Assembly (NCBI GenBank): GCA_022711395.1
Contig: JAKLFA010000002.1
Span: forward strand, 451,864-515,863
Direction: 5' to 3'
DNA: 64,000 nucleotides
Origin: Candidatus Omnitrophota bacterium
GTDB lineage: Bacteria; Omnitrophota; Gorgyraeia; Zapsychrales; JANLHA01
Numbering within the stretch: position 1 is the first letter of the stretch; each line of letters opens with the position of its first letter. A program made the position numbers and the translations under genes. The notes below the pieces were generated by a model. That model saw only the letters and a list, made by a program, of their open reading frames with translations, did not search any database and was not told where the DNA came from. Positions 8,453 to 15,266 of the stretch are shown in pieces.

Positions 8453-9511
8453 TTATAGATATTTAACTGCAGGAAATATACGATATTTAAGAATCAAATC
8501 AGCCAAACCTTCTAAATTTTCAGAACTAATTTCACCTCTTCCTAATGAAACCAAATCAAAACGCTTTGAAAAAGCCAATATAATAGCTTCTGTCAAACAA
8601 CCATAAATTGCATTTTGCGGAAAAAAGGATTTCCATTTGCTGTCAAAAATTTTTTTATAAAATGGCAACTCAGAGGTTCCTCCAAAGAATAATGTCTTCT
8701 TGGCAGGAAAACTGGTCAATCCACTCTTCTCAAACGAAACATTTGGGGGCATGCCAATATCACAAATTATTGATCCCTCTTTAAAGTCTGAATATCCCAA
8801 CAATGCATCAACCGAGCTCGCAGCCGCAATTATTAAATCTGCATCCGAAACCGCTTCCCTTGCATCAGTAAAACAAACAAACTGATCAAACCCTTCCGCC
8901 TTTAGTTTTTTACAAATTTCTGAATCATCAGAGATTGTCCTTGAGCAAAGTCTTAAAAACTTTGCCTTCTTAGAATAAATTCTTGCACAAATAGACCCGA
9001 TGTCTCCGGTGGCCCCAATTATGGCAACCGAAAGCTCTCGCACTTTTTTACCATGGCGCCCCGCTTCTTTCTCTAATGCCATTGATGCCAATACCGCAGT
9101 CGTCGCATTCCCTGAAGTTATTGGAATAGATGTCATTTTTGAAACATCCCTCCCACCGTTGGTAACAATTGATGTAAATCCCGCCAACGTTATTATGTTG
9201 ACATTCTCCTGTTCAAAAATTTTAAAACAATCTATTATTTTTTTAATCGTATTTTCTTTTTCAATTAACATTTGTCGAGGAAAAATAGGGAGCAATACCC
9301 CAAGAATTTCGATCTCATAATTATTATGGATCAAATTACAAACATGCATTATCTTGTGAGGAGGGATTCTAACAATGTTGTGCGTTATAAAAGAATCATC
9401 CAGAAATTTAAGAATCCAATTCCCAAAAAAAGTGTATATTTTGGGGAATAAATCCCGAAAACTTTCAGTGTTTAGAGGGTGAATTATAATCCCGATTTTT
9501 ACTCTTTCCAT
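8453..9511 (-). CDS. Acyl-ACP reductase (AAR)-family NAD(P)-dependent reductase homologue
   Basis: By-eye collinear alignment with cyanobacterial AAR: GIIIHPLNTE~GLIGHLTSLE, LAGFTSIV~LGGFTSII, TSGNATTAVL~TTGNTHTAYV, IIGATGDIGS~VVGATGDIGS, YGCLTEAII~FACFAEAML (catalytic Cys retained). GC about 38% versus about 60% in neighbours. Confidence 0.6.
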   Translation of the reverse strand: MERVKIGIIIHPLNTESFRDLFPKIYTFFGNWILKFLDDSFITHNIVRIPPHKIMHVCNLIHNNYEIEILGVLLPIFPRQMLIEKENTIKKIIDCFKIFEQENVNIITLAGFTSIVTNGGRDVSKMTSIPITSGNATTAVLASMALEKEAGRHGKKVRELSVAIIGATGDIGSICARIYSKKAKFLRLCSRTISDDSEICKKLKAEGFDQFVCFTDAREAVSDADLIIAAASSVDALLGYSDFKEGSIICDIGMPPNVSFEKSGLTSFPAKKTLFFGGTSELPFYKKIFDSKWKSFFPQNAIYGCLTEAIILAFSKRFDLVSLGRGEISSENLEGLADLILKYRIFPAVKYL

Positions 9512-10728
9512 TTTTTTAACACCAAAGAGAAATTGTTCCCCCCAAACGCAAGGGAATTATTCAATACAACTCTAACCCTATGTTTCCTAAACGTATTCGG
9601 CACACAATCAATATCACACTCCGGGTCCGGGGTCTCATAATTGATCGTTGGCGGGATCTTTTGATCCTTGATCGCCAAGCAGCAGGCTATGGATTCTAAT
9701 GCCGATGCCGCGCCCATCGTATGCCCCAGCATGGATTTGATCGAACTGACCGGGATGTTTTTCAACCGCTCTCCAAAGACAGCTTTAAAGACTTCGCATT
9801 CTGTCTTGTCATTTTCAGGCGTTCCTGTCCCGTGGGCATTAATATAATCGACATCCTCCGGACTCAAACCCGCATCGTTTAAGGCCTTTCTGATAGCTTT
9901 GATCCCACCCTTTGCTTGAGGCTGAGTCAAGTGAAAAGCATCCGATGCCGCTCCACATCCCAAAATTTCCGCATAGATCAGCGCCCCACGCTTACGGGCA
10001 TGTTCAAGCTCTTCCAAAACAAGAATTCCCGCTCCTTCTCCTGGGATCATGCCTTGACGGTTCTTGTCAAAAGGCCTGCACTTTTGCGAATCGATAGCAA
10101 CCAAACGATGAAAACCTGTAAAAGCAATACGAGATAAAGGGTCAACCCCCCCCGCAAACATGCAATTAGTAAAACCCGTTCGTATCATATCTGTCGCTCT
10201 ACCGACAGCAAAATTCCCCGCAGCACAAGCATTCGCGAAAAGATGGCTATTATTTTTAATATCAAAGACATGTGCAAAATTTGAACTTATTGAATTTGCA
10301 GGATAAGTTAGTGGTAAAATTTTTTCCAATGTATCACATCCTATAGTCGTATCAATTTCTACGCATTTTTCAATAACCTGCCCTTCCCCCATGGTAGTTC
10401 CCACGCAAAGACCCGCATTAGTTTCTTTTAAATCAGCCTTAGCAAGCATCGAATCTTTTAAAGCCAACCCCCCCGCAACAATCAACATTTGAGAGGCTCG
10501 TCCAAAATGCTTGAAATTATTTTTTGGGCAAAATATTTTAAAATCAAAATCTCTAACTTGGCCAACCAATTTCCTATCATATTTTGAAGAATCCACATAA
10601 TCAACTTCCGATATCCCGCTCTTCCCTGCCAGCAAATTTTTCCAAAATTCCTGCCAGCCGATGCCGATCGAGGACACAACCCCCAGGCCGGTGACCACCA
10701 CTCTGCGTTTTACATTGTTATTTCGCAT
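9499..10728 (-). CDS. Beta-ketoacyl-ACP synthase I/II-like (FabF/FabB family)
   Basis: VVVTGLGVVS, active-site 'ANACAAGN' Cys, 'HGTGT' and 'GHTMGAAS' His residues, 'AFGGNNFS'. Start is more likely MRNNNVKRRVVV (10728) than the track's 10791, which would read through the GTGTC repeat. Confidence 0.8.
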   Translation of the reverse strand: MRNNNVKRRVVVTGLGVVSSIGIGWQEFWKNLLAGKSGISEVDYVDSSKYDRKLVGQVRDFDFKIFCPKNNFKHFGRASQMLIVAGGLALKDSMLAKADLKETNAGLCVGTTMGEGQVIEKCVEIDTTIGCDTLEKILPLTYPANSISSNFAHVFDIKNNSHLFANACAAGNFAVGRATDMIRTGFTNCMFAGGVDPLSRIAFTGFHRLVAIDSQKCRPFDKNRQGMIPGEGAGILVLEELEHARKRGALIYAEILGCGAASDAFHLTQPQAKGGIKAIRKALNDAGLSPEDVDYINAHGTGTPENDKTECEVFKAVFGERLKNIPVSSIKSMLGHTMGAASALESIACCLAIKDQKIPPTINYETPDPECDIDCVPNTFRKHRVRVVLNNSLAFGGNNFSLVLKKWKE

Positions 10729-10783
10729 TTCCAATCTCTTGTTTCGTATTATACCTTTTACTCCGTGTGTCCTGTGTCCTGTG

Positions 10784-11239
10784 TCATGCATCTTGCCTTA
10801 AAAACGAATAAAACACCTGCGCCTGCCCCAATTTCTCATTTTGCCCGCGCGTCATCTCGATATCCGCATACCCGCCGCTCGCCATCACCCGCCCCTGTAA
10901 AACTTCCATCCTCAGCACATCCCCCACTTCCGCAGGAAAGTTGATATCACATTTGATCTTGCCCAGCACGATCGTGCGCCGCTCCGGATCACCCCGTTCG
11001 ATCAAAGTCCGATACACAAAAAAAGACGCCGCCTGGGCCGCGGCCTCGATCATCAGCGTCGGCGGAAAAATGACCGAACCATCCGGCTGGCGCACAAGAT
11101 AGGGATCATTCGTCGTCACGTTTCTGACAGCGGTCAAACCTTTCCCAGGAACAAAATCCACAATAGAATCAATGAACAGAAAAGGAGGCTTTTGCGGCAG
11201 AACTGCGCGGATATCATCCTGGTCAAACACCGTGTTCAT
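10784..11239 (-). CDS. FabZ-like hotdog-fold protein with catalytic His replaced by Gln
   Basis: Gap-free alignment to E. coli FabZ: LPHRFPFLLVD...[26 protein letters not shown] versus LPQKPPFLFID...NDPYLVRQPDGSVIFPPTLMIEAAAQ. Both His positions (PHR and GHF) are Gln; the Glu is conserved. AAGGAGAG SD before the ATG at 11239. Confidence 0.7.
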   Translation of the reverse strand: MNTVFDQDDIRAVLPQKPPFLFIDSIVDFVPGKGLTAVRNVTTNDPYLVRQPDGSVIFPPTLMIEAAAQAASFFVYRTLIERGDPERRTIVLGKIKCDINFPAEVGDVLRMEVLQGRVMASGGYADIEMTRGQNEKLGQAQVFYSFLRQDA

Positions 11240-11367
11240 CAAACCGCTCTCCTTTGAGCAGTGTTCCCAAGACATATAAGTTATTTAAATAGAAATAGAT
11301 ATAGATATACTAGACGAACTTATTATAGAAGTGATTTTTATGACGGTCAAACAGAAAGAAGAAAAAA

Positions 11368-12342
11368 CTACCACTTGATCAGATTGGCGGCCGTGACAAG
11401 CCCCGAGCCGAAGGTGACCATAACGACCACGCTTCCGGGCTTGATCATCCCCTCTTCCACCGCTTCATAAAGAGCGATCGCCACCGCGGCCGCTGAGGTA
11501 TTACCATATTTCTGGATGTTGATGAAAAACTTATCTTTTGAAACGCCGGCCCGCTTCGCCACCGCGGAAATGATCCGGTCATTGGCCTGATGCGGAACAA
11601 CACAGTCCACATCTTCCAGTTTAAGGCCGGCTTTTTCAACGACCAGATCCACCGCGTCCGCCATCGAAGTGACCGCGACCTTAAACAGCTCCTGCCCCTG
11701 CATCACAATGGCTGGCTTCTGGATCTTCGTGTTGAACTCCAACTGGGCGGGCTCTTCGGTCTTGACATACAGAAGCTCATGGAACTCCCCGGCTGAATGA
11801 AGATATTCCGAAAGGATCCCCCTGCCCTCTTCAACCGGAGCAAGGATGCAGGCCCCGGCGCCGTCCCCAAAAAGCACGCAGGTGGCGCGGTCGCTCCAAT
11901 CAAGCAGGTTGGTGGCCTTCTCAGCGGCGATGACCAGGGCGGTCTTGAACATCCCCGATGTCAAATATTGTTTAGCCGTCGTGATCGCGCATAAAAACCC
12001 CGAACAGGCTGCGCTGACATCGAACGCGGCCGCGTTCTTCGCGCCGATGGCGCTCTGGACTTTGCAGGCAACAGCGGGAAAATTGGAATCCGTGCTGGCG
12101 GTCGCCACAATGATCAGCTCGATCCCCTCAGCAGGAACCGGCGAACCGTCCAAGGCGCTTTTCGCGGCCTCAATGGCCATATCCGTTGTGGTTTCATCCC
12201 GACGGGCCAGGCGGCGCTCCTTGATCCCGGTCCGTGTCGTGATCCACTCATCGGATGTTTCAACGACCTTTTCCAGGTCATGGTTGGTCACGATCCGTTC
12301 AGGCACGTATTTTCCGACAGCAACGATCCCTATATTTTTCAT
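11368..12342 (-). CDS. fabH: Beta-ketoacyl-ACP synthase III
   Basis: N-terminal 'MKNIGIVAVGKYVPERIVTNHDLEKVVETSDEWITTRTGIKER', then 'AACSGF' Cys and C-terminal 'HQANDRII...GNTSAAAV'. Confidence 0.9.
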   Translation of the reverse strand: MKNIGIVAVGKYVPERIVTNHDLEKVVETSDEWITTRTGIKERRLARRDETTTDMAIEAAKSALDGSPVPAEGIELIIVATASTDSNFPAVACKVQSAIGAKNAAAFDVSAACSGFLCAITTAKQYLTSGMFKTALVIAAEKATNLLDWSDRATCVLFGDGAGACILAPVEEGRGILSEYLHSAGEFHELLYVKTEEPAQLEFNTKIQKPAIVMQGQELFKVAVTSMADAVDLVVEKAGLKLEDVDCVVPHQANDRIISAVAKRAGVSKDKFFINIQKYGNTSAAAVAIALYEAVEEGMIKPGSVVVMVTFGSGLVTAANLIKW

Positions 12343-13343
12343 GCAAAACGTCCGATCTCTTTGCGCATATGTTCAATGACGTTATGTTCAACCTCGCGGC
12401 GTGCGGCGCGGATGGCGTTCTTGATCGCCTTGGCATCCGACCGCCCGTGGCTGATCATGACGATCCCGTCCACGCCCAAAAGCGGCGCCCCGCCGTATTC
12501 CGAATAATCCGCGTAACGCCTGATCTGCTTCAGGCGGGATTTCATCAGCCAGGCGCCGAGCATCGCCACCGGGCTTTTTTTGAGCTCCCGTTTTAAAAGC
12601 GCGATCGCTGATTCCGCCAGGCTTTCTGAAACCTTCAAGACCACATTTCCCACGAACCCGTCGCAGACGATGCAATCGCAATCCCCGCGGTAGATCCCGC
12701 TCCCCTCGACATTGCCGACAAAATTCTGCGGCAAACGCTCCGATAAAATCCGGTGGATCTCCTTAACAAAATCCGTCCCCTTCGTCTCTTCCTCGCCTAC
12801 ATTGAGCAAACCGACGCTGGGGTTCTCGATCCCCAACATGTCCCTGGCGTAAACATGCGCCAGCAGTGCCGACTGGACCAGATGCTGCGGTTTGGGGTCC
12901 GTATTGGCCCCCACGTCCAGCACAAGAGCGAAGCCTTTCAGCGTCGGCAAGACCGCACCGATCGCCGGACGTTCGACCCCCTGCATCATTCCCAAAAAGA
13001 CCGTCGCTGCCGCCACCACCGCGCCCGTGTTTCCCGCTGAAATGAAGCCCCTGCAATCCGGATCCGCCTTTAACAGATTGATCCCCACCGAAACGGAAGA
13101 ATTGCGTTTCTTGCGGATCGTTACCGTCGCCGGATCGTCCATCGCCACCACGTCCGGAGCATCCACAATACTGACCAACTCTTTAGGATAATCATACTGG
13201 CTCAGCTCCTGAAGGATCCTTTCCTTGGGCCCGGTCAGGACAACGCTGATCCCAAATTCCTTGACGGCCTGGATCGTCCCGTCCACAACAGCCTGCGGCG
13301 CATGATCCCCACCCATGGCATCAACAACGATTTTCATAAACAC
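12339..13343 (-). CDS. plsX: Phosphate acyltransferase PlsX
   Basis: 'KIVVDAMGGDHAPQAVV' N-terminus and overall PlsX collinearity. Overlaps the fabH start by 4 nt. True start may be MKIVVD at 13337. Confidence 0.9.
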   Translation of the reverse strand: MFMKIVVDAMGGDHAPQAVVDGTIQAVKEFGISVVLTGPKERILQELSQYDYPKELVSIVDAPDVVAMDDPATVTIRKKRNSSVSVGINLLKADPDCRGFISAGNTGAVVAAATVFLGMMQGVERPAIGAVLPTLKGFALVLDVGANTDPKPQHLVQSALLAHVYARDMLGIENPSVGLLNVGEEETKGTDFVKEIHRILSERLPQNFVGNVEGSGIYRGDCDCIVCDGFVGNVVLKVSESLAESAIALLKRELKKSPVAMLGAWLMKSRLKQIRRYADYSEYGGAPLLGVDGIVMISHGRSDAKAIKNAIRAARREVEHNVIEHMRKEIGRFA

Positions 13344-13388
13344 CTCGTATTTCGTGGCGTATAGATTTTTGTGAGCCGAACTGACAGG

Positions 13389-13589
13389 TTAGTCTTTTGC
13401 TTTTTTCTCTTTTGCTTCGACGGTCACGACCACATTCTTCTTGTAGTGGCCGCAAAACGGGCAGACCCGGTGCGAGATCACCTGCTTGCCGCAATGGCTG
13501 CACGGCTGCATTTTAGGCAGAACAACGCCCTGATGAGTGCGGCGTTTGCGTCCGCGTTGTTTTGAATGTTGTCTTTTTGGATTTGGCAT
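13389..13589 (-). CDS. rpmF: 50S ribosomal protein L32
   Basis: 'MPNPKRQHSKQRGRKRRTH...CSHCGKQVISHRVCPFCGHY' with Zn-ribbon Cys pairs. GGAGT SD before the ATG at 13589 (the track's longer ORF from 13661 is too long). Confidence 0.85.
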   Translation of the reverse strand: MPNPKRQHSKQRGRKRRTHQGVVLPKMQPCSHCGKQVISHRVCPFCGHYKKNVVVTVEAKEKKAKD

Positions 13590-13657
13590 GCTTGACTCCG
13601 TTTTTTCGAATGACACAAGACACATGACACACGACGCAAGAGATTCAAAATCCTGTG

Positions 13658-14089
13658 TCATGTGTCCTGTGTCGTGTGTCCTAAGTTACAGTTACACTGT
13701 TTCTGATTTAAATTTTGCCCGCACTGAAGGCACAACCCCTTACAATCATTTCGGCAAAGCTCGAACACTGAATTGGCAATGATCAGCTCTTCCCTTAGAT
13801 CATCTTTAAACTCAACATATTCCGTCGATGAATCGATATCGAATGCCAGCTCGAACCTGTCCGTTTTTTGCCGCTCGAACTCTTCCAGGCAGCGTGAGCA
13901 CGTCAAAGCGTAGGTCGCTTTTACTTCAAAAGCCGCAAGGACCTCATCACCGGCGCGACTGAAGACAGCCTCGACTTTTAAAGGGCCTCTTGCCTTCAGC
14001 GCGTCCTGCGGAAGGTCCAATTCCCCAGCGGTCAGAACTCGGCTGTATTGAAGCCCCCGGTCCGAAATATTGCGTAACGGGATCCTCAT
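13658..14089 (-). CDS. yceD: YceD/DUF177 family protein (23S rRNA accumulation factor)
   Basis: Conserved position upstream of rpmF-plsX-fabH. C-terminal CxxC...CxxC motifs 'CSRCLEEF...CKGLCLQCGQNLN'. The last ~8 codons are encoded by the GTGTC repeat. Confidence 0.7.
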   Translation of the reverse strand: MRIPLRNISDRGLQYSRVLTAGELDLPQDALKARGPLKVEAVFSRAGDEVLAAFEVKATYALTCSRCLEEFERQKTDRFELAFDIDSSTEYVEFKDDLREELIIANSVFELCRNDCKGLCLQCGQNLNQKQCNCNLGHTTQDT

Positions 14090-14568
14090 GATCGAAATCG
14101 GTCTTTCAGCTTTGCTTCCACATTCGGAGGGACAAAACTGGAAATGTCAGCCCCCAGGATCGCGGATTCTTTCAACAATTTTGATGACAAGAAAGAAAAC
14201 TGTTCCGACGGCATCAAAAAAACGGTCTCCACATCATCCGCCAGGCGCCGGTTGGTAAGGGCCATCTGAAACTCATATTCAAAATCCGAAACCATCCTCA
14301 AGCCCCGGATCAGCACATTGATCCCCCTTGATCTGGCAAAATCAACGACCAGTCCGTCAAACGCCACAACCTCAACATTCGCGATCCCCTTGACCGCCTC
14401 CTGCAGCATTTCAAAACGCTCATCTTTATCAAATAAAGGCTTTTTATGAAGGTTATTGGCAACGCCAACCACCACCCTATCAAAGATCCGCGACGCACGC
14501 TCGATCAGATCAATGTGCCCGTATGTCACTGGGTCGAAAGATCCCGGATATAACGCCGAACGTTTCAT
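14086..14568 (-). CDS. coaD: Phosphopantetheine adenylyltransferase
   Basis: 'ALYPGSFDPVTYGHIDLIERA' (T/HxGH motif). Start is probably MKRSALY rather than the track's upstream Met. Confidence 0.85.
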   Translation of the reverse strand: MKRSALYPGSFDPVTYGHIDLIERASRIFDRVVVGVANNLHKKPLFDKDERFEMLQEAVKGIANVEVVAFDGLVVDFARSRGINVLIRGLRMVSDFEYEFQMALTNRRLADDVETVFLMPSEQFSFLSSKLLKESAILGADISSFVPPNVEAKLKDRFRS

Positions 14569-14609
14569 CATTTTGCCTTTTTTAGAACTGATTTTCAAGC
14601 TTTTTAAGC

Positions 14610-15173
14610 TTATTTTACTCCATAAATAGCTAAACAGGACTTGCCATACCTGCGCAGCGTGATCTCATTGAAATCATGCTCACATGAGGCAAGTCCCTCT
14701 AATTTCCCGAATTCCACCACAATTCGGAAATTGGGGTGTAATATATCATAGGCGCTCAGGGTTTTCAAGGTCTTTTTTGCTAATCCAGCGTCGTAAGGAG
14801 GGTCCAGAAAAACCACATCGAACTTCCGGCCCTGGCGGGCCAGCATCTTGATCGTCACGAACACATCCGCCCCGAAAACCTCAAACATCCGGCCGTCTTT
14901 GCGGGGTTCCCCCAGCCCAAAACGCTCCATATTGGTCCTGATCGTTTCAAGGCACAATGGGTCTTTTTCCACCGCGACCACCTCTTTGGCCCCGGCTGAA
15001 AACGCCTCAAACCCCAAGGCTCCGCTTCCTGCAAACAGATCCAGCACCCTTAAACCTGATAGATCATGGCCCAAAAGGTCAAAAACCGCTTTGCGCACCA
15101 TGTTCTGGGTCGGCCGGATGTTGACCGGCATATAAAAATTCCGCCCCTTGAATTCACCTGTTAGAACTTTCAT
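14610..15173 (-). CDS. rsmD: 16S rRNA (guanine966-N2)-methyltransferase
   Basis: 'LDLFAGSGALGFEA...VVAVEKD...VVFLDPPY' RsmD/N6-MTase signature. Confidence 0.8.
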   Translation of the reverse strand: MKVLTGEFKGRNFYMPVNIRPTQNMVRKAVFDLLGHDLSGLRVLDLFAGSGALGFEAFSAGAKEVVAVEKDPLCLETIRTNMERFGLGEPRKDGRMFEVFGADVFVTIKMLARQGRKFDVVFLDPPYDAGLAKKTLKTLSAYDILHPNFRIVVEFGKLEGLASCEHDFNEITLRRYGKSCLAIYGVK

Positions 15174-15266
15174 GAAGCCTCTATCCTTTCATATAAGACA
15201 CATGAAAAAGCAGCCCGTCTTTCCTTGTTCCTCCGTGCGCCGTGTGTCATGTGTCCGGTGTCTGTA

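Noticed and set aside
10764-15264. Could the GTGTC repeats be a CRISPR array?
   Set aside because: The repeat unit is 7 nt with no spacers, and copies are scattered singly in intergenic gaps. No cas genes are present. It is not a CRISPR array.
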